Assembly (NCBI GenBank): GCA_002269645.1
Contig: NIVC01002375.1
Location: 1-64,000, forward strand
DNA length: 64,000 bases
Origin: Macrostomum lignano
Taxonomy: Eukaryota
Direction: 5' to 3'
Position numbers and translations under genes: made by a program. Shown in pieces: positions 12,301 through 62,138 of this stretch (position 1 is its first letter; every line of letters starts with the position of its first letter). Under the pieces are notes generated by a model. The model did no database searches. It was given only the letters and a program-made list of their open reading frames with translations, and was not told the DNA's origin.

Positions 12301-13694
12301 CCGTATACTATATACTTCGAAGGAATATATATAATAGAGCATTGTTTTTCAGAAGATCACCCCTCAGTCTATAATTGAAAGGTGATTAAATTTAAGCTAA
12401 ATTTTTTCAACACTGCAATCAGGGAAAATTTCCAACTCGAGTATATAAAGAACAGTTTGTACCAAAAAAACTCGCAGATTATCGAATTCAGACGCGTCAG
12501 TGGTTCAACTGCTGATTAAAATATTATTAATAATTTCAACCAACGCTCTATCCAACAGTTGAAACACCAACGGTCTGTGCAATTTCGATTGTTAGAAGTG
12601 CAAACACACAACAGTAAAATTACAGCTTACCTTTGAAATTTTACAACTCTACATATATATATTTCGATTGTTCCAACAACTATTAACAATTTCCTCTGTC
12701 GCCGAGATCGGATGTAAGCTGGAACTGAATTTATACTGAGAGCAAACCTCTTTCCCCACCTGCCTCATCACTCTCTGAGGTGGGGTTGACTGGCTGCTGT
12801 GTTGCTGCCCTCAGCGTCCAAGGAGGCCCGGACCTAAAACCTGGAGCTCGGACAGAGCCTGTTTTTTAGACAACTAGCGGCTGACTGAAGTGTCTAGAAA
12901 TGAATCACTCCAGGTTTTGATTTTGGGGCTCCTTGGTCCAGTCCTCGAGTACACTGGCTACATTCGATTGCGCATCCCCAGTACCTGCCTCTCTTCTCTC
13001 TCTCTCTCGTCTCTCTCGGTTTTACAAAAAGAGGCTGACTGAGCGAGCGGAACTGCCATGCAATCCGTTGATGATGATGAGAGGAGGAGGCTGCATGGAT
13101 TCGCGCGCGTTTGCAGGTGCGGGAAGAATTGGGAAGGCAGATTTCATTTCATTTGCAGAAAAACATCCCATCGAGAGCAATGCTGCATACAGTGAGTGGA
13201 GTGGCTCGGGTTCAGCGCGTTTGAGCTTTGATTGAAGTTAATTAAACTGATTGCTAATTCCTGTTCGTGTCTAGTAACTGTATGAATGTACTTTGGTTCA
13301 GAGAGAGTTGAAAATGATTTTTTAAGTTTAATTCCGACTTCTTTAGGGCGGACTGCCCATGTTGTGTATGCAAGATTAAAAAACCAAATAATTTCTATCA
13401 AAAAATGGTTAATCCCACCTGAGCACCTGAAGCTTGAATTTGATGAATATAATTAAGAATCTTTAATCAGGATCAGATTTCTCTAATAATTAGAAAGTTT
13501 TTTTATCGTTTGTTACAATTATTCAACCGGCTGATAAGTTTCAATTTATCCAACTGACCCAACTACCAGCTCTCTTATCGTTTGATGGGATTTCAAATTT
13601 ATGTAATTTAATGCACATTATTTGACAAAAATGCCAAATCGACTGCCACGGACAGCTGACAAGAGCGGCCGCAACCTTTAGGGGAACCAATATT

Positions 13695-14495
13695 TGTCTC
13701 TCTTGGTGGGCGCTCCTGTCCCTTGGAGGGCGCTCCTGTCCTTGGTGGGCGCTCCTGTCCCTTGGTGGGCGCTCCTGTCCCTTGGAGGGCGCTCCTGTCC
13801 CTTGGAGGGCGCTCCTGTCCCTTGGTGGGCGCTCCTGTCCCTTGGAGGGCGCTCCTGTCCTTGGTGGGCGCTCCTGTCCCTTGGAGGGCGCTCCTGTCCT
13901 TGGTGGGCGCTCCTGTCCCTTGGTGGGCGCTCCTGTCCCTTGGTGGGCGCTCCTGTCCCTTGGTGGGCGCTACTGTCCCTTGGAGGGCGCTCCTGTCCCT
14001 TGGTGGGCGCTCCTGTCCCTTGGAGGGCGCTCCTGTCCCTTGGTGGGCGCTCCTGTCCCTTGGTGGGCGCTCCTGTCCCTTGGTGGGCGCTCCTGTCCCT
14101 TGGTGGGCGCTCCTGTCCCTTGGAGGGCGCTCCTGTCCTTGGTGGGCGCTCCTGTCCCTTGGTGGGCGCTCCTGTCCCTTGGTGGGCGCTCCTGTCCCTT
14201 GGTGGGCGCTCCTGTCCCTTGGAGGGCGCTCCTGTCCCTTGGAGGGCGCTCCTGTCCCTTGGTGGGCGCTCCTGTCCCTTGGAGGGCGCTCCTGTCCCTT
14301 GGTGGGCGCTCCTGTCCCTTGGAGGGCGCTCCTGTCCTTGGTGGGCGCTCCTGTCCCTTGGTGGGCGCTCCTGTTCTTTGGTGGGCGCTCCTGTCCCTTG
14401 GTGGGCGCTCCTGTCCCTTGGTGGGGTGCCCCTGTCTCTTGGTGGGCGCTCCTGTCTCTTGGTGGGCGCCCCCTGTCTCATGGTGGGCGCCTCTC
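13695..14495. repeat. 20-bp GC-rich minisatellite (cttggtgggcgctcctgtcc), about 40 copies
   Basis: Direct reading. Confidence 0.96.
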
Positions 14496-15172
14496 TCTAA
14501 CTTTTTATGGCGGCGATTTGAAAGCAAAGCGCCTCATAAACACAAGTCTAAATCTGCATTACAAAATAAAACTGACGCAAATTCGTACAAATCTCTAAAA
14601 CACAGTGCATAGCATGCATGCATTCTTCACATTCAGGCAGTTGTCTTGTGGTAATTACAAGGCCGCACCTTTATGCAGCTGCATAAGATGCATTAATTTG
14701 ACACACCAGGTGCTGAGCGACAGCAATAGTCACCCATACACGCACACAATAATATAATAGACATTGTGTTAACCCATTTTAGCTTTCGTCTATGCAGACT
14801 CAACACGCCAAAATACAATATGAATTTGTTTCTATTCAAATAATGAATGCTTGCTGGCTTTTTGGCGCCAATGGATTGGAGATGAGTTGCAACTCACGGC
14901 TCAAACTCGACCGCACGCAGCATACTTTTTTTATCAAACTCTCACTTTTTTCTTGCTCAGCAAACACGTATTTATTATACACACTGCAGCAAACACTTAA
15001 TAACCGCCTTGCAGACTGCCCTGTCTCCTTCTCTCTGCAGTGTACACCTTTTTTCATGGAATTCAACTCGCTATTGCCAGAATAGCACAGCGGGTTGCGA
15101 AGCTGCATGGCAAAACTGAATGACTCTTGCACTGCATGCATGTGCGACTGTCTGTAGGGCAGCGATTGATAT

Positions 15173-16073
<901 letters not shown>

Positions 16074-19000
16074 AAGACATATTTCATTTCCCAGATGAGT
16101 CTCATCTTGTTCCATCCCCGGCCAGTTCGTTAATCCCCGAAATTGGAGCTTTCGGAGACGCCCTAATCAACTAATCTGCTCTTCCCCATCCCGTTACGCC
16201 CGAAATCTGTCCTCTCGTCTTCCTCTACCTCGTCTAGTCTTCAAAGGGACTGCGTGATCGCTCCCAACAACCTACGAGCTGTAGATTGGCCTCCTCCCCA
16301 GGCTCACTGCTCAGGCTGTAAAGGGCGTGGTCAGCTACTCTGCATAAAGCTAAAGTATGCACAGGACACCTAGTTATACATGCGAGCCCGAATCTATACA
16401 GGTAAATGCAGGGATGGGCGGGTACAGAATGCGTGGGATGCCTGAATGGATAGCTTTAATACAGCTAAAACACTAGTGACAAACACCTGCCTTTTGTCCA
16501 GGATAATCTGACAACGATATCCATTACGTACATGTATTGGAGCATTCGGGCAGCGCATGGGATGCTTAATAGCCTTTATTACAAACACCTGGGCATGTAT
16601 GCGCACTGACTGCAAAAGCCTCTATATACAGGCACATGTATGATCAGAAATATTTTGGGCGGGGCTCAGGGGCGACTGCAGCTAGGGAGCTTACATGTAC
16701 ACCAGCTCCCTTACAGCAATGTGAGCTCATGGAAGCCACGCCCGATTATAAAGCCAACCATGATAAGACGGATTAAACATGTAATGCTGTATTGAAGACA
16801 GGAAGAAAGTATCATCGTAGCGTTTCACCATAGACAAAACTACTGTGTAGTTGTACTTGTATACATGTACTAATACTAGTAATACTAGTGATACCAGTAA
16901 TACGCGACTAGCTGCTCTCAAACGCAAGCATAGAGATAGATCTGTTCAAAAGTTTTACTATTTATCAACACTTCTTGGACCTTCAACAAGAGGCACCATG
17001 GGTGACTTTGGACACCCTTCTGCGAATTTCGCTGATGTATCTGATCAAGCCTCTACAGTGGGCAAGCGTCAACAACTGGATCGAATCTCTGCCTGGGTGA
17101 AGGCCATGCAGTGACCAACGAAGTCAGAGCTGATGCAGACACATGTGGTCGACGTGGTGATGAAATCTGTATGAGGCTTGGCAAGGCCGCACTGAGGCGG
17201 TCCTGGTGTATTAAACACACTAGCGCTCATGGGAAAAATCTGACTTTCCGGCAGAATCGTCGAATATCTTGACGGTCCGGTGGGCTGGCGACAATTGATT
17301 CTTTCTTGTTTGAGAAGGTGCGCAACAAAAATTTAATTAGTCCGTACGTGTTCTTGAATTTTGTGTGCCTGTGTTGTATTCACTCTCTTGGTAGCTGTAC
17401 TGCTAATGATTAACATTTCAATTCAATTGAAACAAACCGTGATCTACGAGGTTTCTAACTGGAGTGCTAAGCCCGTGACCGCTCATATATGAAGACTCCA
17501 AAAAACCAATTGCAAGTTGATTCTGAATTTGAATATAGTTAATTATTGATTTTTTTCTGTGATACAATTGGAGCCCAAATTTTAACACAGACAAGCATTT
17601 ATTTGTTGCGATTCAATGTTAAATTTTCAAGTACACATCATTTTCAATATAAATAAAATAAATTATTTTTGTGTAAAGCAACAGCAACGAACCTACTTTC
17701 GTACTTAGCAGGCTGAGTGACATGGGCAAACTGTTTAAAAGAACATTTCTTTCTCAAAAAATATGCACATATATGTGTATCCGCACAAATACATTTTCAT
17801 AGTCAGCATTTAAATGAACATTCTGCTCACAAAAACTTCTACATACAAATCGCGGCACATTTATGAAAATTGTGTGCAACAGTCAAATATTTTCTCGGCT
17901 AACTAAATAATGTGCATAGGAAATAAAATGTGCTCCTAATTAGATTGCACATTTCACGAATTAAATACATTGAAATCGAATCAGCAGATGCAAATGTTTC
18001 AACGCTCTTTAACGCGCAAAGTATGCACAACAATAAATACAAGACAATAAATATAGAACTGGACAAAAATAGGAATAAACATTCGATACATACTACTTGC
18101 ACGAGAGAAGCGCTGTTAGTAGTTTCATGTGCGGCATTGGGCGTTATTTATGGTTTGCAAAAGGAAGCAATGGTAATCAGTGTCTCATTTTTGCAGGTAA
18201 TTATAGTCATCTTGCATAGAACTTTGAAGCCAAAGTAAATGAAATCACTTACAAATTAGCATATGTATTGCATAGGGAGAGCAGATAAACTAAAAATAAT
18301 TTGATTTGTATCCACAATAATATACACATTTCTGGTGCTATACAAACACAAAGTTAACAGCATATATTTGTATGTTCAGACTGTCGAAAATCATTAAAAC
18401 AACTTTATTGAAAAATCAAATGGCATATATTTTTGATAACACTGTTGCAATTATTGTAACTTCATGGGACAGATATTAAAACTATAAAACGCAACAGAAA
18501 AACTGCGGTTTTCAAGCGCGACAGGGAATGGGACAGAAAATGCCGGCTTTACCAATTCGCAAATTATAACAAGAACGAGTTTACTTATGTTAATGCGCAA
18601 CAACGAAAGATGCTCGATTGAGTGAAAGCTATATTAATTAAACCCACCTATTTATAATTATATCAAATAAATTTAGTAGACAAAAGCAAAAATATAAATA
18701 TTTTCTCCTTAAGCCATTATAGTTATGAAAACCCACTTTATTTACTTTACTGAAATATTGTTACAAACGACACTTAATAAATACACGGGCAAATAAATGT
18801 GAATAAACTATGATATATTAAAATCAAATTTTGATTATGTCGTACAAATACGTTTTTATTACTAGAAAATGCTTACATTACTTAATTTACTTATTTTTTT
18901 ACTTAATCAATTCTGACGGTTTTTCGTGAACACAAAGCTGCTTAGCTTTTGTTTTAATAAATGCTACGTTGACTCGTTAACTTTCAGAGAACAGTTGCAT

Positions 19001-20531
19001 ATTTAAAACTTTACTGTATGAAACATGTACCCGTAAAAAAGTCTACATCACCCAAAGTCCGAAGATGGTTGGTACTGAAGCAAGCACTACACAAAATTTC
19101 TAGAAATAATTGAAATACGAAAAAGGGAATGTCACCTAGAAATAACAAGCATCGGTTGTCATGACTACTGAGTAATTGAGTCATATATTGTTATAAGGGC
19201 ATTACGTTTCGAAAGTTAATTTGTTTGTCATGCTCCTGAGTCCTGCATAACAAATCATTATATAAGTGTATAAATAAAAGGTATTAGGTCATGCGAGGTA
19301 CTAAATAATATACATACTTCTAAAAGCCGAATAGTATACAAAATTATTCTACGAAATAACAAAATAGCTACTTAAAATAGGTAGAAGGGCAGACAGAAGC
19401 TTATTAATAAACTATAGAGAAAATATAGGCCGAAAAAGTCGCAATACTTATTATTTATATAATATTTGCATGGCATGTCTGCAGTTACCGTCAACACTTG
19501 ATAATTATATAAAGAAAGCCACAAGAATAACTTAGTTTTTATTGCATATTTCAATTATGATCTGAAAATTTACAGACGACTAGCAATAAGTTATTAATCA
19601 ATATGATCATCAATGCATTCGAAATCGTCAGTTTTTAAACCACAGTTGCCGGCTTGGCAGCCAATTGGCTCTCCAAAAAGTTGAGATCCAGCAGAGAAAT
19701 TTCCTGCAACAAGTGAAAGCAACGAACAGACGTTACTTAAAATGAAATATTTATTCCATTTTCAAATTAAATTTTAAAAGTCAAACAAATCAACGATTAT
19801 ATTGAATTTCAATTCGAGTAGTATAAAGATAACTAAATCTTAAGTAACAACAGCTACTCGGAAGTAACAAGAAGATCCAGATTTGCTATAGAGTTTATAG
19901 AGTTTCTATTAAAGAAACTTAGTAACCAAAATGATCGAAACAATCTCTTACGAAAACAACGAACAATTTTTCCGCAATTTAAATCTAGCCATTGCACAGC
20001 ATCAAAGCTTGTAACTAAACTGATCATACAAAGAAGCCCGACTTTTTGTTTTCATAATTAGTATTTATAATTAATGAATAATTGTGCAAAATTAGTCTGA
20101 AAATCAAAATTAACCTTTGGTTAGAAAAATTGAATTATTGCGATGCGTTTACATCGAGTGTGCTAAATAAGATTAGAAGATAAGTTAGGTAAGTTAAGTT
20201 AAGATAATTATTCAAGTAGTGTTAACAGCTTTTTTATTGCATTTTTTAGATTTGAAGTCGGTTAATTCTTTAATTAGGTTAAATTATGCGGTCCGGTTAT
20301 GGTAAAATTATTTAATTGCGATCGCAGAAAAATATACTTCCAGTGTGCACAGCCAGCACAGCTACTGGTTAAAAAAAACATTAACAAAACTGTGCGCCAG
20401 TTCAATTTATGATTGTTTTAATTTTTAGCAACACGTATTTATTTAGCTTTAAAAAACGATAAGTCGCCTGCCAAAAATTTACACGGCGCAGCCGGCCGGC
20501 ATGTTCAAGTGTGATTCTGCAGTAACCACAT

Positions 20532-55807
<35,276 letters not shown>

Positions 55808-56164
55808 GATTAATGACTATTGATTGATCGGACCAAATAAGGCTGGCTGATTGTGAGCCAGATAATGTCCAAACGCACTCACTCACACACACACCGCAAG
55901 CAGCTGGGCAGTGCAGGATCGGTGTGTGCGTGGGGGCGACGAGGTTCGTCTACCCTTGGGTAGCCCGTGATTGAAAATTGGTCTGCAAAAATTAAATATT
56001 CCAAACTAAAATTGCATTGCAGAATAACTGCATCATAATTGTAATCGTAATCGATAGACCTTAGTTTAAGTAAACGTTTTAATAGCTTTTTAACTCTCCA
56101 AATGTTATATTACTAAACTAACAGATATGTGAATCGAAATTACAAAATCACATTCTACAAATCC

Positions 56165-57150
56165 GATCATTCAGCGGACGCATTCTATAGATCAGGTCAT
56201 TCAGGACACATTCTGATCTAGTCATTCAGTGGACACATTCTACAAATCTGGTCATTCAGTGGACACATTCTATAGATCTAGTCATTCAGTGGACACATTC
56301 TATAGATCTAGTCATTCAGTGGACACATTCTATAGATCTAGTCATTCAGTGGACACATTCTATAGATCTAGTCATTCAGTGGACACATTCTATAGATCTA
56401 GTCATTCAGTGGACACATTCTATAGATCTAGTCATTCAGTGGACACATTCTATAGATCTAGTCATTCAGTGGACACATTCTATAGATCTAGTCATTCAGT
56501 GGACACATTCTATAGTTCTAGTCATTCAGTGGACACATTATATAGATCTAGTCATTCAGTGGACACATTATATAGTTCTAGTCATTCAGTGGACACATTC
56601 TACAAATCTGGTCATTCAGTGGACACATTCTATAGATCTAGTCATTCAGTGGACACATTCTACAAATATAGTGATTCAGTAGACACATTCTACAAATCCA
56701 ATCATTCAGTGGACACATTCTATAGATCTAGTCATTCAGTGGACACATTCTATAGATCTAGTCATTCAGTGGACACATTCTACAAATATAGTGATTCAGT
56801 AGACACATTCTACAAATCCGATCATTCAGTGGATTCAGTGGACACATTCTATAGATCTAGTCATTCAGTGGACACATTCTATAGATCTAGTCATTCAGTG
56901 GACACATTCTATAGATCTAGTCATTCAGTGGACATATTATAGAGAACTAGTCATTCAGTGGCACATTCTACAAATATAGTGATTCAGTAGACACATTCTA
57001 CAAATCCGATCATTCAGTGGATTCAGTGGACACATTCTATAGATCTAGTCATTCAGTGGACACATTCTATAGATCTAGTCATTCAGTGGACACATTCTAT
57101 AGATCTAGTCATTCAGTGGACACATTATAGAGAACCGGTCATTCAGTGGA
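56165..57150. repeat. 30-bp minisatellite (tagtcattcagtggacacattctatagatc)
   Basis: Direct reading; lies in the putative 5'UTR intron. Confidence 0.96.
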
Positions 57151-57330
57151 CACAGTCTACAGTTGGGGTCATTCGTAACACAATATAGCTGCTGGGGTGC
57201 AACAAATAAATATATTTTATAAAGAATAGCATTTCTGTTTCGAATCGAAAAGGATAGCTATTAAAAGACTGTATTAGATGCACCGTGTAAGCTGTACACC
57301 TTTCTTATATTTAGCATTTGCATAGCTTAC

Positions 57331-57790
57331 ACCCAGAGCATGTGGCAGCTGGCTGCAATACATTACGCGGGGCCCGGCAGGCCCAGTCCAGTTTAGTTTG
57401 GTTGGGTTTAAGCGGAGGTTTGAAAAAAATCGCCGCTAAAACGCAGCAGACGTACGCGCAGGCAGTGCACAACACAAAAATCTAAATCCTATTCTATCCT
57501 ATCTGGGAGCATATAAACAGTCAGAATACTTTCTCATCTACTTTATCCCCAACCTCCCCCAGTTTTTTCTCTATTCTACTAAACATCCCGTCGAGATTAC
57601 TGCGCAACAGAAGAGGTGCAGAAAAATTAGTCAATTCCCTCCCCCTCCCCAGCGAAGGGGAAGAGAAAGGCGGGTACCGCGCATACAAGCACACACACTG
57701 ACACGGGTGCAATAAAGCCAAGCCAGTGGTTGCCGGGCTGGTGTGGAAATCAGCCGAAGTATGTTCAGTCAGCCAGTCGGCCCCCACTAT
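57331..57790 (-). other. Probable non-coding first exon / promoter-proximal region of PLC-beta
   Basis: GC-richer island ending in donor gtaagc (57330). It would splice to acceptor taatttttgcag (55984-55983) upstream of the ATG. The 5' boundary is a guess. Confidence 0.4.
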
Positions 57791-58164
57791 TCTGCACCCA
57801 CCTATAGCTATGCTAGTGATTGATTTAAAAGTACAAATAGGCTAAGAAGCAGCGAGTTGGGAAGTGGCGCGCTTAAGCCAGAAAGCTTTCATTTAACCAT
57901 GGCAGAGATTAACTTGCCTACCGCAACATATAGAGAATTGCACTAGTTAACAGAGAAAAGCTTCACGTGCTGTGGGATTAGTTAGTTGGGTCTTTAACGG
58001 GGACAAACTGTTAGCTAGTAGTAACGCAATGTTTTGGCTCATAAGTACACTGAGAACTAAATAATAATTAAAAATTCCCGATCAAGATTCCATGGTTATG
58101 TTACGAAAGACAATGATTGCTTAAAGTATAAATTTGAATCACACTATTTGCAAAGAACTCATCA

Positions 58165-59060
58165 CAGGGAAATCGCTCATATTGTTAATGACTCATAGGG
58201 AAATTGCTCATGTTGTCAAGGACTCATAGGGGAATTTCTCATATTGTCAAGGACTCATAGAGGAACTGCTCATATTGTCAATGTCAAGGACTATGGGAAT
58301 TGCACATATTGTCAAGGACTCATAGAGGAACTGCTCATATTGTCAAGGACTCATAGGGGAATTGCTCATATTGTCAAGGACTCATAGGGGAATTGCTCAT
58401 ATTGTCAAGGACTCATAGGGGAATTGCTCATATTGTCAAGGACTCATAGGGGAATTGCTCATATTGTCAAGGACTCATATGGGGAATTGCTCATATTGTC
58501 AAGGACTCATATGGGGGAATTGCTCATATTGTCAAGGACTCATATGGGGGAATTGCTCATATTGTCAAGGACTCATATGGGGAATTGCTCATATTGTCAA
58601 GGACTCATATGGGGGAATTGCTCATATTGTCAAGGACTCATATGGGGGAATTGCTCATATTGTCAAGGACTCATATGGGGGAATTGCTCATATTGTCAAG
58701 GACTCATAGAGGAACTGCTCATATTGTCAAGGACTCATAGAGGAACTGCTCATATTGTCAAGGACTCATAGAGGAACTGCTCATATTGTCAAGGACTCAT
58801 AGGGGAATTGCTCATATTATCAAGGACTCATAGAGGAACTGCTCATATTGTCAAGGACTCATAGAGGAACTGCTCATATTGTCAAAGACTCATATGGGAA
58901 TTACTCATATTGTCAAGGACTCATAGAGGAACTGCTCATATTGTCAAAGACTTATATGGGAATTGATTATATTGTCAAGGACTCAGGGGAATTGCTCAGA
59001 TTGTGAATGATTCATAGAGGGGATCTTCTCAGATTATTGATGACACATAGAGGGAGTTGC
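58165..59060. repeat. 31-32-bp minisatellite (attgctcatattgtcaaggactcatagggga)
   Basis: Direct reading. Confidence 0.96.
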
Positions 59061-59664
59061 TAAGGTTGCCTAGACTTTTGGGAAATTGCTAAAATAATTG
59101 AAATCACTGAGCAGTACGAAAAATTACTATAAAATTTGAAAGGCAAACAAAGATATAAAACTAAATGATTAATTATAAATCTGAACCAATGTTTAAAGCT
59201 TTTGATATAGAACTTTTGCCTATCATATTTTATTTGAAAATGTCATTCCATATACTGTATATTTTATTATCATGTTATTATACTTAGTTTTAAGAGATCA
59301 TATTACAAAATTTTTGCAATAGTATTTCAAATATATTCTTCTTATAAGCATGCATTTGTACATTAATAATTTTATATAATAGGAATCATATTGAATTTGC
59401 CTTGTCTTTATAATTGCATATTAAAAATACAAAAAACTCTATAAACAAAAGGCTATATCATAAATGTGCTACTGTTGCCAACTAAACTGGCTAGTATAAA
59501 TTGTGGCAAACCATGACTAAGTTTGAAATTTTATGTATTTTTAGAATCTTAGATGTTTAGCATTTTGACAAAAGTTAAGGCTTTTTTACTTTTGTATAAG
59601 AGACAAACTAAATCATATTTCAGTAAAATCTAAGTTATAACTTGATTTAATTTAGGGATTATCT

Positions 59665-60604
59665 TAGGGATTCCAATCCCGGGATCCCGGGATCCCGGGA
59701 TCCCGGGATTGGGGCCAAAAATCCGGGATTTGAATCCTGGGATTTTTTTGGGAATGGAATCCCGGGATTTTTAATCCCGGGATTGCAAAAGACCGGGATC
59801 GGGATCCCGGGATTTCAAGGCCTTAATCCCGGGATTGGTCCGGGATTAGAACGACCTTTCAATGCCTAAATTAGATAATTTAAAGTCTAAACGTTTATTT
59901 GAATAATAAAACATTTATTTGTTTTTGCTGTTTCTCAATGAAACGTTAAACATTTGCAAAGCTCCTGTCCTAATTGAGCTAAAAATTGTTAATGTGAACT
60001 GTAAATTATAGATAATTTTAACTTTTTTTCGTTTTCTACCACGAGACGAGACTGAGGGCCTTTTCATATTGCTTGCTCTGGTTCCAGAACAAGAACCAAT
60101 TTGTGAAGTATAAACTTTTTGTCTCCATAACTAGAGGGAGATACGTGCTATAAAGTTTTTATTATTGAATGACAGTCGCCAAGAAGAAAGTGAAAAATTG
60201 TGCTAAGTGAGGCTGTTAAGGCAGTCAAATATTAACAGAGTTTAATAGTTATACTGCTGTTTTTCTTCGAATTCCGAACCGATTCTGGTTCTGGAATTGG
60301 TAATATGAAAAGGCCCTGAGACTCTGAGAGTCGCGAGACCATGACTACTGCACGCGGCACGCCGCACAGTCCGTCTAGCAATTTAGGGATTCCAATCCCG
60401 GGATCCTGGGATCCCGGGATTGGGGCCAAAAATCCGGGATTTGAATCCCGGGATTTTTTTGGGAATCGAATCCTGGGATTTTTAATCCCGGGATTGCAAA
60501 AGCACCGGGATTCCGGGATTTTGAATCCCGGGATTTCAACAGCATCGGGATTTCGGGACTATTCAATCCCGGGATTGTAAAATGTCGGGATTTTGGAATC
60601 CCTA
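59665..60604. mobile_element. Non-autonomous hAT-like element with duplicated left end
   Basis: TIR tagggattccaa / ttggaatcccta; exact 8-bp TSD gattatct (59657-64, 60605-12); subterminal atcccgggat arrays; a second copy of the left end at 60384. Confidence 0.88.
60056..60316. mobile_element. PIF/Harbinger-like MITE nested in the hAT element
   Basis: 15-bp TIR gggccttttcatatt / aatatgaaaaggccc with a 3-bp TSD tga. Confidence 0.8.
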
Positions 60605-60957
60605 GATTATCTATATACAACACCGAGATGTCATATAGATAGATAAATATATTTTAATGTTTCATAAAATTTTTAATAAATTTTAGTGTATAATATGTTA
60701 ATCAGCAATTACAAGTTTATTATAGGACTAAAAAAGGATAAACATTAAATAAAATAAACTTAAAAATAGATAAAAACTTACAGGCTACAGCTATATACAT
60801 TTATAATTTAAAACTTATTAATTCATTCTAAATCACATTCAATATTGTCAAATTAGAATCACTTTAAACTTTCTAGAAAATGCAAATTTGAATTTTGAAT
60901 ACTTTAATTTGTTTTTTATTATTGATTAAGGCATATTGGAATTCTAAATTTTGAATA

Positions 60958-61710
60958 ATATAGCTTATTGCAGCCCATTTGGGCTTATGCGCATGGAATT
61001 TAATCCAAGATATGTTTGTCAAAGTAATGGAGCTTTTGTCTATGGTAGCAAGGCTGACACAGCAGCATTTAATTTGGTCCAACAAGCATCAATTTGGTCC
61101 ATTTAGTTCATTTGCAGCTCAGTCCCAGAATTGTAGACCATATGCTAGGCTGTTGAACAAATGTCATTGGCTTGTGATCGAAGCACTTGATGGAGGTGAA
61201 CACCCAAAGGACATTGCAAGGTTGCTGAATGTAAAAGAAAAGGTGGTTTACAGCATCCAGCAGCGCCTTGAAACTCTGTTGGCAGAGATTGCCTGCAAAA
61301 GGGTGGCAATTGCCAAGGAAAGTTGCTCGAGAGCCTCAGGTCCAACTGCTACTCGATGCAATGGAGACGAACCCTTTGTTGAGATTTCAGAAAATGCAGC
61401 AGAAGTTGAGGTAACAGCTCCAGTTGGTTATCAGATTTCGAATATCAGCAGAGCTCTGGAAAAGCAACTGAAAATTGTTGGTAGAGATGCTGATATTCCA
61501 GCAGTGCGCAACAACCTGCAGACGGTTGAGAGAAGGCAAGAGTTTGTCCAATGGCTCACGAGTGTTTGGACCAAATGGATGCTTGTTGGACCAAATTAAA
61601 TGCTGCTGCGCCAGCCTTGCTACCATAGACAAAAGCTCTGTTATATTGGCAAACGTATCTTGGATTAAATTAAATGTGTGTAAGCCCAAATAGGCTACAA
61701 AATGCTATAT
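60958..61710 (+). mobile_element. Non-autonomous Tc1/IS630-like element with about 144-bp TIRs and a DNA-binding-domain ORF remnant
   Basis: 60958-61101 is the imperfect reverse complement of 61567-61710. The internal ORF has an HTH-like segment (LDGGEHPKDIARLLNVKEKVVYSI) and ISNISRAL...RNNLQTVERRQEFV; no DDE domain. Confidence 0.65.
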
Positions 61711-62138
61711 ATATAAAATCAAATTGCATATTTTATTTATTATATATACATTTATATTTAAAGTATACTATTATATGCTAATATTTTAATGAGCTTCTAT
61801 TACAATATATACTACTATTTACTTCCACAAGACTTTTGCTATCTAACATGTATACTAATTTGTATATAATTTTATTTATATAGATCTTTTTGGACTAAAT
61901 AAGACTATTAAAATACTGGGCAGTCTTTTAAAGCAAAATAAGGTTCATTTATAAATAATTTATTTATAAATTTAAGGTTATTTTAAAACCTTATTTATAA
62001 ATTATATAGTGATACAAATAGTCTTGATTTCAAGTTATACAATATACAGAGCTTCTTTACTTTACTTTACTTTGTTTTTTACTTATATCAAAGGTTTTTT
62101 CTATAGACTAGGGCCTAGAGCTTTTAGTCTAGTCTAGA

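Noticed and set aside
12630-12760. Minus-strand TATAAA, tcagtt and gtaagc as a first exon
   Set aside because: TATA-Inr spacing is wrong and no downstream coding exons were found.
16727-16927. ORF resembling a type II signal anchor (RLRAASRVLLVSLVLLVLV)
   Set aside because: It starts at TTG with no in-frame ATG, and the hydrophobic run comes from a short tactagta repeat.
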